Assembly: GCA_963724325.1 (NCBI GenBank)
Contig: CAVRUH010000001.1
Coordinates: 256,001-320,000 of the forward strand
Direction: 5' to 3'
DNA from: Waddliaceae bacterium
GTDB lineage: Bacteria; Chlamydiota; Chlamydiia; Chlamydiales; Waddliaceae
DNA length: 64,000 bases
Shown: piece by piece, positions 37,189 through 48,024 of the stretch
How the letters are laid out: each line of letters opens with the position of its first letter
Numbering within the stretch: the first letter of the stretch is position 1
Made by a program: the position numbers and the translations under genes
The notes under the pieces: model-generated
Seen by the model: the letters and a program-made list of their open reading frames with translations, nothing else
The model's database searches: none
What the model was told of the DNA's origin: nothing

Positions 37189-38729
37189 TGTCAATTGATT
37201 TTCTCCGGCACAATCTCATTGAGATTTGTGCCGTCTCCAATTCAAAAAATGGAGGCAAAATTGTTACCGATAAAAGCGGTTCTAATATCTATAATCGTGC
37301 CACTATTGTTGGAGCCGTCGGGAAGTATTCTGACAGCCAACGTCTCATAAGTGCCTTCCAGAAGACTGAACAGGCATTTATCAATGAATTAGCGACAGTC
37401 CAAGGGCACGCAACATTATACAAGACTTATCTTACACGCAAAATGAATACCCTGGTCGTTAAAGAAGAGGACTACCATAAGGCACGCGAAGGAATCATTG
37501 CATGGCAAAATTCCACAAAACAATTTTATAAGACGAAATGGTTCGCTGCTATTCAAAACTTATGTGCCCCTTATTCTAACAACCTGTCATTTTTAACAAT
37601 GCCAACTTGGTCATTTACATTCCTAGAACGCATCATTAATCTAGAAAAAACATGCCGCGGCCCCTTACCCCTGGAATTGATTTATAGATTAGCGAAAGAA
37701 GAAGATTGCAAAGAATACGATTGGATTCAATTAATTAGATGGCTTTCTAAATTCGAAGACATACACCCTTTGCAGAAGTTTTTTCTAGCACTGGACAATC
37801 TCATCGGAAAAGATAATATTGTCAAACTTCAAATCAACTGTTTAAACAAAGGCTGCGATATTTTTGAGAAAAATGATCTCAAACATTTGGCATGGAGAAA
37901 AACTTTGAAGTCAGGTCAAACCATTGATGGCTATACCCTGTCAAATCAAGTTGGGGAAAAAGTCGGAGCTCCTGATGGGCAAATATTTTTTGATATTGCA
38001 AATCACCCTAAAAGACTATTTATGGTTGCTAACAATTGCTGTTGTCTTGAGATTCAGAAATGTTTGTCTACAGACATAGACTTTGCAGCCTCGCATGGAT
38101 ATGAAGGCCTTCCTTCGCCCGTATTTTACTTCATAGACCCCAATGGCAGGTATGCTATCGTAGAAAAATTTCTGACCAGCATTGAAGAACGAACCTGGAT
38201 CACTGAAGGGAAAAGATTTGCAAAGGAAGACACCCCTTATGCAAAATTGATCAGCATTTATGTACAGCAGATGCATAGCACACAACGGATGTACTCTTTT
38301 CTAGATCCAAAATATATCATGCTTAGGCAGCTCAGAGATGGATTGAATTTAGTATCAGTTAAGTTGTCTAATAAAAAATACTATAATTTTATAAAGGTCG
38401 AAAAATTTATCTATGATTGCTCTAAAAGAATTCTTCCGGTATTCATGAATATCATGAAATGGTCGGGCCTGAACAGAACACCTGAAGCTCTTTGTTTTAA
38501 AAAAATTATAAAAAAAACAATAAACGGTAAAAATCCTAACATTCCTGACATCGTTGCCAAATATGAATTTCCAGGAAAGAAGGTTATAAACAGAGCCCAA
38601 GAACTCATCCCTGAAATTATCCGTCTAAGAAGGATTCTAAAGGCTGAACGCCTCAATTATTTGTGGGAAAATACTGGTTCCTACAGCTTCCTCTGGCCGA
38701 CAATATCCGAAGAAGCAGATTCAATGTGA
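37188..38729 (+). CDS. Hypothetical protein with degenerate kinase-like domain
   Basis: 513-aa ORF coupled to the lipoprotein gene; YTLSNQVGE, PVFYFIDPNGRYAIVEKF, MHSTQRMYSFLDPKYIML. Confidence 0.6.
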   Translation: MSIDFLRHNLIEICAVSNSKNGGKIVTDKSGSNIYNRATIVGAVGKYSDSQRLISAFQKTEQAFINELATVQGHATLYKTYLTRKMNTLVVKEEDYHKAREGIIAWQNSTKQFYKTKWFAAIQNLCAPYSNNLSFLTMPTWSFTFLERIINLEKTCRGPLPLELIYRLAKEEDCKEYDWIQLIRWLSKFEDIHPLQKFFLALDNLIGKDNIVKLQINCLNKGCDIFEKNDLKHLAWRKTLKSGQTIDGYTLSNQVGEKVGAPDGQIFFDIANHPKRLFMVANNCCCLEIQKCLSTDIDFAASHGYEGLPSPVFYFIDPNGRYAIVEKFLTSIEERTWITEGKRFAKEDTPYAKLISIYVQQMHSTQRMYSFLDPKYIMLRQLRDGLNLVSVKLSNKKYYNFIKVEKFIYDCSKRILPVFMNIMKWSGLNRTPEALCFKKIIKKTINGKNPNIPDIVAKYEFPGKKVINRAQELIPEIIRLRRILKAERLNYLWENTGSYSFLWPTISEEADSM

Positions 38730-38730
38730 A

Positions 38731-40017
38731 TCATTCATTGCTGGAGTTAAACCATTTATTTACTATCGCAAGAGCAATGGCCCCTCCTGCGAGGGCGACT
38801 AACCCATATTTTACAGTCGTAGTAATGCCTAATGCTTTCGAAAGGACATTCATTCTACCTTTATTTCTAGAGAGTGTTGCCGTTTTTAAAGCTTGAAATA
38901 ACAGATTGGTATTATTTTTGACCTTTTCCAGTTCAAGGAGCTCTGTCATAAAATCTTCTGTTTCAGATTCTACAGCGTAGTCCAAAGCAGTCATTTTTTT
39001 ATTTGATGCCCTTGACGGATCTGCTCCACCACATATTAAAATTGAGAAAGTCAAATAGGCACATTTTTGGATCGAAATCATCAAAGGCGTAATTCCTTCC
39101 AAATCGGGTTCATCAATATTTACTTCATTCGAAATCAAAGTGTAAATTAGTTCCGTATTGTTGCCCTCTGCAGCATAATGAGCCAAAGTTTTATCTACAT
39201 TCGGTCCGAATTTCTCTTTAAAGTTTGTATTAGGAGCGACAAACAAATTAAAGAAATCCATATTAATGCTTGCAGCCAGAGCTATTGGTTTTTCTCTGCT
39301 GCTATTTGATTTATTTCGGTTAGCCTTTTTTTCTATGAGCAACTCAACAACACTTTTGCTTTTAGCTTTACAGGCAGCTGTCAGAAGCGTTTGGGTCTCA
39401 CTTCCTAAGCGTTGTTTAGGATTCGCTCCCAACTGGATTAAAGTTTTTACCATCGTTAAATTACCGACTCCACAGGCAGGAAGCAGGCATGATTGAATGA
39501 CTTCATTTGAAGGAATTTCTCTTTTTAGAATATATTTGAATGCTTTTATCGAATTGTGCTGCGTTGCCAGTTTTAAATCTTTGATGTATATGATAAAAAT
39601 TGTTTTGAATATTAAAAGTGAAGAGGTATTAGGCAAGTGTGCGTCGAGCGATTTTAGAAAGGGAATCAATTTGATATTATTTTCGAAAAGTTTGCAGACA
39701 GTTCTTTTTATATCTGTAATGCGTTCGAGTCTTGGCAAATAAGCTCGCATTTCTTCTGCATGGAAGATTGGCGAGCGTTTAGAAACAATATCATGATAGA
39801 TTTTTGTGATTTGCAAAACCAATATAGTTGTTTCCTCTTTCTGCCTTACTCGAATACCTAAGGAATAAAGTAAGGCAAAGGAAATGCAGTCGACGGCTGT
39901 TTTCCATCTTTTGCAAATACTGCGCACGTTTGCAAGACCAACAGTATCGAAATCTTTAAAGACCATATAACATATGTCTGCATGCAGCAACAGTCTATTG
40001 TCTGTGTCGACGCTCAT
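38731..40017 (-). CDS. F-box-like + ankyrin repeat effector with C-terminal hydrophobic tail
   Basis: HADICYMVFKDFD..LANVRSICKRWK; ankyrin repeats TLAHYAA, TPLMISI, TALDYAV; tail YGLVALAGGAIALAIV. Confidence 0.8.
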   Translation of the reverse strand: MSVDTDNRLLLHADICYMVFKDFDTVGLANVRSICKRWKTAVDCISFALLYSLGIRVRQKEETTILVLQITKIYHDIVSKRSPIFHAEEMRAYLPRLERITDIKRTVCKLFENNIKLIPFLKSLDAHLPNTSSLLIFKTIFIIYIKDLKLATQHNSIKAFKYILKREIPSNEVIQSCLLPACGVGNLTMVKTLIQLGANPKQRLGSETQTLLTAACKAKSKSVVELLIEKKANRNKSNSSREKPIALAASINMDFFNLFVAPNTNFKEKFGPNVDKTLAHYAAEGNNTELIYTLISNEVNIDEPDLEGITPLMISIQKCAYLTFSILICGGADPSRASNKKMTALDYAVESETEDFMTELLELEKVKNNTNLLFQALKTATLSRNKGRMNVLSKALGITTTVKYGLVALAGGAIALAIVNKWFNSSNE

Positions 40018-40117
40018 TTAGTCAATGTAGGTTGCAACATCATACCCACCATTTTTTTTACCATGCTTGACACATACAACTTATTATTATTTTTTGCAAA
40101 GTTTAACGTAAATTGGT

Positions 40118-41545
40118 ATGATTCAAGGAATGACATATGTAAAAAATAAATACTTTGCAGTCCTAGTCTTGCTTCTTCTATTGAAGGCAGTTTTGTTCTT
40201 TTTATGGATTCCGCACACCGAGATGGGTTTGGCCCCTGATGAGGCTCAATACTGGACCTGGAGCAAGCATTTGGATTGGGGATATTATAGTAAACCCCCC
40301 GGAATAGCCTGGCAGATTTGGCTGGGAACTGAAATTTTCGGTGATACAGTGCTCGGGGTCCGTTTTATGTCGATTATTCTCTCGACAGCACTCTCGCTTG
40401 CAGCCTTTTTTCTTGCTAAATCGTGCTCTCTTAAAGACGACGCCTCATTTTGGGCTGCCGTTGCATTAACTTTCACTCCAATAGGACTGATTTCTTCCTT
40501 TCTAGCAACAACCGACGGGGGAATGCTCCTTTTCTGGACCCTCTCCTGCGCTTGCTTTCTATCGACTGGCAACTATTATCTTACCGGTTTAATGATTCTT
40601 TGCGGGGCTCTTTTTAAGTGGCCGATTTACCTTGTATGGATACCAATTATTCTCTTTGGAAGTAAGAATAAGCATGTCATTGGAGGACTTTTTCTTTCGC
40701 TTCTCGGTCTTTTCCCTTCGGTGGTGTGGAATTATTCGCACGACTGGGTGACATTCAAGCATGTGTTGACCCAAAGTACCGGAGGGAGCGCACGGTCAGA
40801 ACTAAAGGGTAATTTTTTTGAATTTTTGGGGTCTCAAATAGCTATTTTTTCTCCTATTCTTTTTGTGTTGCTCGTATTGGCATTTATTTATCTCATCAGA
40901 AACTACAAAAATGTGCCGCGCCAGATCCAATTCTGCGGGATATTATCTTTGTCTGTGCTGGTCATCTTTTTGGGCATGTCATTCGTGACCAAAATGCAAG
41001 GAAATTGGTGTCTATTTGCCTATCCAACAGCCTTTGTCTTAATTGCCTGGTATGAGCGATCATGGTCTACTGCTTTTTCTAGGTTAAAATGGGGAATTCT
41101 AGTTGCACTTATTTTAATTGCCATAGTCATTGCCTTCAACCCTTTTAAGCAAACTTTGGGTTGGAATGGCATTAGTGATGCACTCATTGAAACTGGCTAT
41201 GATCCAAAAACTGAGTTTCTTTTCGGTGATAAATACCAAACAACGAGTATTTTAAGTTTTTATGGCCCTGAACAACATCGAGCTTATTTTTTAAATCTTC
41301 AAGGAACAAGAAAAAATCAATTTTTATTTTGGCCGAGAATGCCTCAAGAACAGAAAGGCCGCACAGGGTATTTTGTTCTTTTCGAAAAGGTGGCTCCCGA
41401 GGATTATGTAAAACTCCTACAAAAATACTTCTCAAAGGTAGAATATTTAGGAGCCAAACAGCTAACCAACTCTGGCAAAACAGCTTATATCTTCAAATGC
41501 ACCAATTACAATGGCGAAGAACCCCCAGATCCAAACCTATTCTGA
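40118..41545 (+). CDS. GT-C fold membrane glycosyltransferase (ArnT/PMT-like, GT83/GT39)
   Basis: PDEAQYWTWSKHLDWGYYSKPP, TTDG, FKW; many TM segments. Confidence 0.88.
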   Translation: MIQGMTYVKNKYFAVLVLLLLLKAVLFFLWIPHTEMGLAPDEAQYWTWSKHLDWGYYSKPPGIAWQIWLGTEIFGDTVLGVRFMSIILSTALSLAAFFLAKSCSLKDDASFWAAVALTFTPIGLISSFLATTDGGMLLFWTLSCACFLSTGNYYLTGLMILCGALFKWPIYLVWIPIILFGSKNKHVIGGLFLSLLGLFPSVVWNYSHDWVTFKHVLTQSTGGSARSELKGNFFEFLGSQIAIFSPILFVLLVLAFIYLIRNYKNVPRQIQFCGILSLSVLVIFLGMSFVTKMQGNWCLFAYPTAFVLIAWYERSWSTAFSRLKWGILVALILIAIVIAFNPFKQTLGWNGISDALIETGYDPKTEFLFGDKYQTTSILSFYGPEQHRAYFLNLQGTRKNQFLFWPRMPQEQKGRTGYFVLFEKVAPEDYVKLLQKYFSKVEYLGAKQLTNSGKTAYIFKCTNYNGEEPPDPNLF

Positions 41546-41586
41546 ACTTGATGAAGTTTCCTATATGGCGATTGTCTTCACTTATG

Positions 41587-42576
41587 TTATTTAGGGAGCA
41601 TTAGTGAAAGTTCAATTGTCCTTCTTAGACCATCTTGAAAGGTATATTCGGGATGCCAGCCGAGTTCTGATTTTATTTTAGAACAATCGATGGCATAACG
41701 GAAATCATGCCCGGGGCGGTCATGAACAAAAGTGATCAGTTTTTTATAATCCTGGGGATTTTTATTAAGAGTTTTCGATAACACAAAAATAATTTGATGT
41801 ACCAAATCAATATTGGACCATTCGGACTCTCCTCCAATATTGTATGTTTCACCCTTTTTTCCCATTTTTAGCAACATCCAAAGAGCCTTTACATGATCTT
41901 CTACAAAGAGCCAATCGCGCACATTTTTTCCATCACCATAGATAGGAAGGGGGTTTTCATTAAGACAATTTGTAATCATTAGGGGAATGAATTTTTCTGG
42001 ATATTGATAGGGGCCATAGTTATTGCTGCAATTTGAGATGCAAGTCGATATGTTATACGTTGTAGTATAAGCCCTTACAAAATGGTCAGAAGCCGCTTTT
42101 GAGGCCGAATAAGGTGAATTTGGTTTATAAGGAGATGTTTCCGAAAAATATCCAGTTTCGCCCAAGCAACCATATACTTCATCTGTGGAAACATGGTGAA
42201 AATGTATATGAGGAAGACCCCTGACGACTTCAAGCAATGCGAATGTTCCCATGATATTTGTTTCGAGAAACTGCTGTGGGCCGGAGATGCTGCGATCGAC
42301 ATGACTCTCGGCAGCAAAATGGATGATAGTGTCGATTTCTTGTTCGACGCAAAGATGCTTAACAAGAGTCTGATTTCTAATATCCCCTTTTTGGAATGAA
42401 TAACGGGGATCGCGTTCTACTTCCTTTAAATTGTCTAGATTTCCCGCATAAGTTAGAGCGTCAAAATTGACAATCATCCCATTGAATTCGGGATTCTTTA
42501 ATAGGTATCGAATGAATGCCGAACCGATAAAACCGGCACCGCCCGTCACTAATATATTTTTTGGATTTCTAAACAT
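41587..42576 (-). CDS. rmlB: dTDP-glucose 4,6-dehydratase
   Basis: [42 protein letters not shown]. Confidence 0.97.
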   Translation of the reverse strand: MFRNPKNILVTGGAGFIGSAFIRYLLKNPEFNGMIVNFDALTYAGNLDNLKEVERDPRYSFQKGDIRNQTLVKHLCVEQEIDTIIHFAAESHVDRSISGPQQFLETNIMGTFALLEVVRGLPHIHFHHVSTDEVYGCLGETGYFSETSPYKPNSPYSASKAASDHFVRAYTTTYNISTCISNCSNNYGPYQYPEKFIPLMITNCLNENPLPIYGDGKNVRDWLFVEDHVKALWMLLKMGKKGETYNIGGESEWSNIDLVHQIIFVLSKTLNKNPQDYKKLITFVHDRPGHDFRYAIDCSKIKSELGWHPEYTFQDGLRRTIELSLMLPK

Positions 42577-43441
42577 TTTTACTTCCTAAATGTACAAGGT
42601 ACTGTCCATAGGCGCTTTTACCGAGATTATTACCTAGACGCATTAATTCCTCGCGAGTGATAAATTTCTGTCTGTAGGCGATTTCTTCTAGGGCTGCTAT
42701 GAATAGCCCCTGGCGCTCCTCGATCACCTGAACAAACTGACTAGCCTGCATCAAGCTTTCATATGTTCCTGCATCCAGCCAGGCAAAGCCTCGACCCATG
42801 ACGTTCATATAGACCTGATCTAATTTCAGGTATTCATTATTGACATCGGTGATTTCAAGTTCTCCTCTTGTGGAGGGTTTTAAACTTTTGGCTATCTCTA
42901 CGACTTGATTATCGTAAAAATAGAGTCCTGTCACAGCCAAATTGGACTTAGGATGCTTCGGTTTTTCTTCGATTGAAAGAACTTTTCCATTTGCATTGAT
43001 TTCGGCGACGCCGTAACTGCTTGCATTTTTCACCTCGTATCCAAAGAGAGTAGCCCCGCTCTTCCTAGACTGTGCATCGGCAAGTAATGGTCCAAGGTGA
43101 TTGCCATAAAAAATATTATCTCCGAGAATCAAACAAACAGGATCTTGGCCGATGAATTTCTCACCGATGATGAAAGCTTCGGCTAATCCATTGGGTTTTT
43201 CTTGAATTTCATAGGTAAATTTGACTCCATAATTAGAGCCATCGCCTAATAGACGTTGGAAGAGGAATTGTTCCGCCGGCGTTGTGATGATTAGAATGTC
43301 TTGAATACCCGCCATCATTAAAATTGATAAAGGATAGTAGATCATGGGCTTATTATAAACAGGCAATAATTGTTTTGAGACACTCAAAGTGAGCGGGTGA
43401 AGCCTCGTCCCGCTGCCGCCTGCTAATACAATCCCTTTCAT
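42569..43441 (-). CDS. rmlA: Glucose-1-phosphate thymidylyltransferase
   Basis: [46 protein letters not shown]. Confidence 0.97.
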   Translation of the reverse strand: MKGIVLAGGSGTRLHPLTLSVSKQLLPVYNKPMIYYPLSILMMAGIQDILIITTPAEQFLFQRLLGDGSNYGVKFTYEIQEKPNGLAEAFIIGEKFIGQDPVCLILGDNIFYGNHLGPLLADAQSRKSGATLFGYEVKNASSYGVAEINANGKVLSIEEKPKHPKSNLAVTGLYFYDNQVVEIAKSLKPSTRGELEITDVNNEYLKLDQVYMNVMGRGFAWLDAGTYESLMQASQFVQVIEERQGLFIAALEEIAYRQKFITREELMRLGNNLGKSAYGQYLVHLGSKNV

Positions 43442-43637
43442 GCTCCAATCCCGCTATAAATATTACAGATACTCTACTTAGTTCCCGACCTATTTGTCAA
43501 TCCTTCTGGAGTAAATAAAATAGATATTTACAAAAAGTAACCAAAAATGCATTTTGAAATTATGACATTTTTCTATTTTTAGGAGGATTTTTCGTGTTTT
43601 TCTTGATAAATATGATTATTTGAGGTAACATTTTTCT

Positions 43638-44906
43638 ATGATTATAGAATTTTCAACAAAAAATTTCAGGTCTTTTAAAGAGTTGGCAACTCTTTCTCTA
43701 GAAGCCGAATCTCTAAAAACAGGAAAAAACGGTCTTATTTCCACTGAATTTGAGATGGAACTTCTTCCCACGATTGGAATCTTTGGCCATAATGCAAGCG
43801 GTAAAAGCAACCTTATTAAAGCTCTTATGTATATGCAATGGGCAATGCTCAACTCAGATTATCTTAATCAGCCCACAACGAAATTTCCATTACTTCAACC
43901 CTTTCTTTTAAATGTTGAGAGTTGTAAGGAACCCTCCTTTTTCCAAATTGTCCTCTGGGACAAAGAAAATAGCTCGGAATATCGATATGGATTTGAAATC
44001 AATTCAGAAAATGTCGTTAGCGAATGGTTAGAAACATTTGCTAAAGTTAAAAAAAATCGACGACGTAGAATGATTTTCCTTAGAAAGGGCCAAGAATTTC
44101 CTGAATTGGATGATAGCGTTAAAAACAGTGTAGGTCATTTGGTCAATAATGTGAGACCCACTGCTTTAGCACTAACAGTTTTTGCTCAATTCGCTGATCC
44201 TATTTCTTCGCAAGTTATAAAACTAATGAATCGACCTAATTTTATGATATTTGATGGGGGAGCAATAGATCCAATGGGATATGCCTTGCAACAATACCAT
44301 GAAAATCCCGAGTTTGCAGTTAGAGTACTGCAATTGCTAAAGAAATTAGATTTAAGTATCCAGGACCTTAAAGTTACTCGAGAACCATTCACTGAAGCCC
44401 ATCTAAAAATTATTCCTAATGAGTTAAAGTCCCTTTTCAATCAACCAAGCGATATATTTCGAGCTGTTACTCTTCACAAAATGTATGGATCTTCAGAAAA
44501 AAATCACACTGTAGAATTTGATTTCAATAATCAGGAATCATTTGGAACTCGACGTTTGTTTGTCCTAATGACTTTACTAGTACAGATTTTGGATATAGGA
44601 GGAATTTTTGTTTTGGATGAACTTGGTTCTAGTATTCATCCTTTTATGAGCAGAGAAATTGTTGCTTTATTTCAAAATCACAATACAAATCCTAAAGGAG
44701 CGCAACTTATTTTCTGTAGTCATGAAACTTATTTGCTCTCAAACCAGGTAGGATTACGACAGGATCAGATTTGGTTTACAGAAAAAAATGCGCAAGAAGA
44801 AACTGTTTTGCATTCATTATCTGAATACAATATGCGAAGTGAATGCGAATTTGAAAAAAACTATCGTCAAGGTCGCTTTGGTGCAGTTCCTGTGATTTGG
44901 TCTTAA
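43638..44906 (+). CDS. RloA-like AAA_21 ABC ATPase
   Basis: NFRSFK, GHNASGKS Walker A, ESFGTRR signature, VLDELGSSIHP Walker B, QLIFCSH, QDQIWFTEK, YRQGRFGAVP. Confidence 0.88.
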   Translation: MIIEFSTKNFRSFKELATLSLEAESLKTGKNGLISTEFEMELLPTIGIFGHNASGKSNLIKALMYMQWAMLNSDYLNQPTTKFPLLQPFLLNVESCKEPSFFQIVLWDKENSSEYRYGFEINSENVVSEWLETFAKVKKNRRRRMIFLRKGQEFPELDDSVKNSVGHLVNNVRPTALALTVFAQFADPISSQVIKLMNRPNFMIFDGGAIDPMGYALQQYHENPEFAVRVLQLLKKLDLSIQDLKVTREPFTEAHLKIIPNELKSLFNQPSDIFRAVTLHKMYGSSEKNHTVEFDFNNQESFGTRRLFVLMTLLVQILDIGGIFVLDELGSSIHPFMSREIVALFQNHNTNPKGAQLIFCSHETYLLSNQVGLRQDQIWFTEKNAQEETVLHSLSEYNMRSECEFEKNYRQGRFGAVPVIWS

Positions 44907-44920
44907 GGGAATTAACCGGA

Positions 44921-45589
44921 ATGCCTAAGCGAAAACAAAAAATAGAACCCTGGCATCTCCGAAAGGAAAGAAAACGCAAAAAACAGATCTTCCCTTTTCG
45001 CAAACGGTACTTGATCTGTACAGAGGGTAAGACAGAAGCGATCTACTTTAGTCACTATAAAAGTTCTACTGGACCCATTGTCGTTCCATTAGATAAATCT
45101 GATCAAAAAGTTAGCTTGGTCAAAAAGACAATAGAAGAAAAAAATACAAGAATCTTAAATGGGGAATTTGATGCAGAAATTGATGAAGTTTGGGTTGTGC
45201 TAGATCGCGATGCAGATCCCCTAAATAAATTTGATAAATCTTATTTTAATCAAGCTTTAGAACTTGCAAATGCAAATAATATTTTCGTTGCATACTCTAA
45301 TGATGCGTTTGAATTATGGCTCCTCCTGCATTACCAAGATCTATGGACGGCGACTCATCGAGATCAACTTTATAAAATGTTATCCATACATAGAAATGGA
45401 AAATATGAAAAAACGGACTGTTTATATGAAGAAATCAAGGACTTCAGAACAATCGCAATAAAAAGGGCTAAAAAATTATTGAAGTTAATAAAAACAACCG
45501 CGAACACCAACCCTTCAACAACTGTTCACATTTTAGTTGAAAAGCTTTTAAATGAACCTGGATATCGAGAAAAAGATCCAATACATTGA
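44921..45589 (+). CDS. RloB family protein (TOPRIM-like)
   Basis: LICTEGKTEAIYF, VWVVLDRD, YSNDAFELWLLLH, NPSTTVHILV. Confidence 0.9.
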   Translation: MPKRKQKIEPWHLRKERKRKKQIFPFRKRYLICTEGKTEAIYFSHYKSSTGPIVVPLDKSDQKVSLVKKTIEEKNTRILNGEFDAEIDEVWVVLDRDADPLNKFDKSYFNQALELANANNIFVAYSNDAFELWLLLHYQDLWTATHRDQLYKMLSIHRNGKYEKTDCLYEEIKDFRTIAIKRAKKLLKLIKTTANTNPSTTVHILVEKLLNEPGYREKDPIH

Positions 45590-46974
45590 ATGACTCCAAG
45601 TATAAGTAAAAAAATCACAAAGGAACTTTTCACTAGAAATAATTCGATGCTTAAGGGAAATTTCAAGAAATAAAATGAAAGTATTATGGAACTTCCGAGA
45701 AGGGCAGTGTTCGTTGCCAGTTTTCTATTCTCTAATGGAATGGGATGCAGCCTTTGACTATGATAAAGATAATAAATCATTAATACGCCATATGAAATAA
45801 ATGTTGCAAAAGCTGCTCCCAATGCACCTTGAGAAGGAATCAGCATGTAATTAAGGATGACATTTGTGATGGCTCCCCACCAAGCCCCATATGCCAAATA
45901 TTTAGTCTCCTTTTTCAATGAAATGCCAATCGTACTAAATTCTGTCGTTCCAAAAAGAATGATTCCTGCAACACTGAAAATGACAATCGCATTAGCATCG
46001 CTAAATTCCCTTGGGGTTGTATAAGCAAAGAACTCTGGAGAAAACAGCATGAGGCATGTTCCACATAATATCAACACAAAATACCATGAAGTAAACACAC
46101 GGCTGTACGTGGAAGCATAATCTTCCGCGCTTTCATATAATTTATAGGCATGGGGATTCCAAGACTGTCCGAAAGCAGTCTTAAGCATCATGAGAATTAA
46201 CGAAATTTTTAGAGCAATACTATATAATCCCAATTCATGCAATGTACTGAGTTCGCCTAGCATCCATCGATCCATAGAGTTGAATACCCAGAAAGCAACC
46301 CCGGTAATAATAAATGGGCTGCCGAACGACATAATTTCTCTCACAAAATGTACGTCAAACCTCCATGTAAGCTCATTTTTGATGAACCATAACCCAATGG
46401 GAAGAACCAAAATGCTGGCGATGAAGGCTCCTAAAATAAATCCCGTGATTCCCAAATTGAGCCCCGCCACCAAGAATAGCCCACAGGCCACATTGAATGT
46501 GTTAAAACAAAGAGTGTGCAAAGAAAACTTCCATGGTGAAAAATTAAGTCTCAGAACACAAGAGGCTAGGATGCTGATTTGGGTAGGGATGATGGTTAAA
46601 ATTGAAAATACAATGTAATGCCATTCAAGAAGAAATTTATCATAAAGGGCAATACGAAGGGGATAAAGAATAGAAATAAATGCCAAAGAAAGTGTCAATG
46701 AGGAGATCAGAAGAAATAATAGACTTGTTGACACCAAGACTTTTCTTCGTTCGTGGGAAATCCCTTCTTCAAAGTAGTATCGTTGAATGGTATTGTGAAC
46801 ACCGCCGTAAAAGACTGAAAGCAACCCGCTAATAGTTAACGTCAATCCGATGGTTCCAAATTCCTCCACACTCAACAAGTGGGCAAAAATTGGAAACGTG
46901 CAGAAATTTACAAACCTGAACACCACATCGGCCAAGCCATAGATCATCGAATCTTTTAATACCGCTTTCAGCAT
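45526..46974 (-). CDS. wzx: Wzx-type oligosaccharide flippase
   Basis: LKDSMIYG, LSVEEFG, DRWML..LGLYS, LIPSQGALGAA; about 12-14 hydrophobic segments. Confidence 0.88.
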   Translation of the reverse strand: MLKAVLKDSMIYGLADVVFRFVNFCTFPIFAHLLSVEEFGTIGLTLTISGLLSVFYGGVHNTIQRYYFEEGISHERRKVLVSTSLLFLLISSLTLSLAFISILYPLRIALYDKFLLEWHYIVFSILTIIPTQISILASCVLRLNFSPWKFSLHTLCFNTFNVACGLFLVAGLNLGITGFILGAFIASILVLPIGLWFIKNELTWRFDVHFVREIMSFGSPFIITGVAFWVFNSMDRWMLGELSTLHELGLYSIALKISLILMMLKTAFGQSWNPHAYKLYESAEDYASTYSRVFTSWYFVLILCGTCLMLFSPEFFAYTTPREFSDANAIVIFSVAGIILFGTTEFSTIGISLKKETKYLAYGAWWGAITNVILNYMLIPSQGALGAAFATFISYGVLMIYYLYHSQRLHPIPLENRKLATNTALLGSSIILSFYFLKFPLSIELFLVKSSFVIFLLILGVIQCIGSFSRYPGSFKSFSTKM

Positions 46975-47118
46975 TCAATGGATTATACCGGCGCCCGCCA
47001 ACTTTGTCCACTGTCATGCAAAAGTAGGTACAAAAAATCACGAAAAACGAGACTAATACTCCGAAAGCTTTTTAGTCGACTAGTAAATTTTTGCAAAATT
47101 AGGTAAAATTGGGAACTT

Positions 47119-47304
47119 TTGAAATCTGTGGATGATACGACAGTGTGCTGGCCAAATGAGGTGGATTTTTGTCCTGACGTATTATACGAAATAGGAAAGT
47201 CAGTTAAGGTGGTCAAAACAAGTCCAAAAACTCCACGAAGAAAGGTATCGCCCATCACTCATACACGCAAATCTCTTCCGGCAATGCATACAAAATCAAA
47301 ATAG
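47119..47304 (+). pseudogene. C-terminal remnant of DUF2442-family (TA-associated) protein
   Basis: TVCWPNEVDFCPDVLYE matches the DUF2442 core; N-terminal half absent. Confidence 0.6.
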
Positions 47305-47317
47305 ATCAATTCATACC

Positions 47318-48007
47318 TCAAAGAGAAACAACAGTCCCGTTACGGCTTGGGGTTTTGTCTCTTCTGTAGGAGAAAAATTTGTCTGTGTCGGAAAAGGTAT
47401 CCATTTCGGCTAGCTGTATATGATGAGGAAGGATGCCTACCTGTTGCAGCTGCAAGCGGCTGATCGCCCAAAAATCAAAATAATAAGGCTTTACCTGAAA
47501 TTCCCAAAAGGACTCAGGAAGCTCTTGCTTGTAGTTAATGAATTGCGCATTTTCAGGACCTAGGCTCGGCGAAATAGCAACCAATAAGTCTTCAGGCTTT
47601 GTATTGAACTTGTTTTTCATATATTGTGCAGTTTCCGCATAGATATTCTGCACGCTGCCTCGCCAACCCGAATGAACATTTGCCAAAATACGATGAATTG
47701 GATCATAAAAAATTGCAGATTGGCAATCGGCGTGGCAAATAATTAGACCCAATCCGGGAACATCTGTCACTAAGGCATCACAAAATGGAATGATTTTGTC
47801 ATCAGCAAAATAAGCAACCTCTTTTCCATGACACTGTTTTGAAGATGATACAGAAGTAATCTGCAAGGCTTGCATCACACTATTTTTCGCAACGCTATTT
47901 CGAAAATCCAAGTCGCCGTTTTTGAGGAAAACTCCGTGCTTCAGCCCCTCATTCGCCAATAATTCAAATTCCAGCCAGTGAATGTCGTCTTGTTTTCGAT
48001 ATATCAT
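47318..48007 (-). CDS. pgeF: YfiH/PgeF family protein
   Basis: QCHG, DALVT, HADCQ, HSGWRG, FFSYRR. Confidence 0.92.
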   Translation of the reverse strand: MIYRKQDDIHWLEFELLANEGLKHGVFLKNGDLDFRNSVAKNSVMQALQITSVSSSKQCHGKEVAYFADDKIIPFCDALVTDVPGLGLIICHADCQSAIFYDPIHRILANVHSGWRGSVQNIYAETAQYMKNKFNTKPEDLLVAISPSLGPENAQFINYKQELPESFWEFQVKPYYFDFWAISRLQLQQVGILPHHIQLAEMDTFSDTDKFFSYRRDKTPSRNGTVVSL

Positions 48008-48024
48008 TATATTATAGTGATGAT

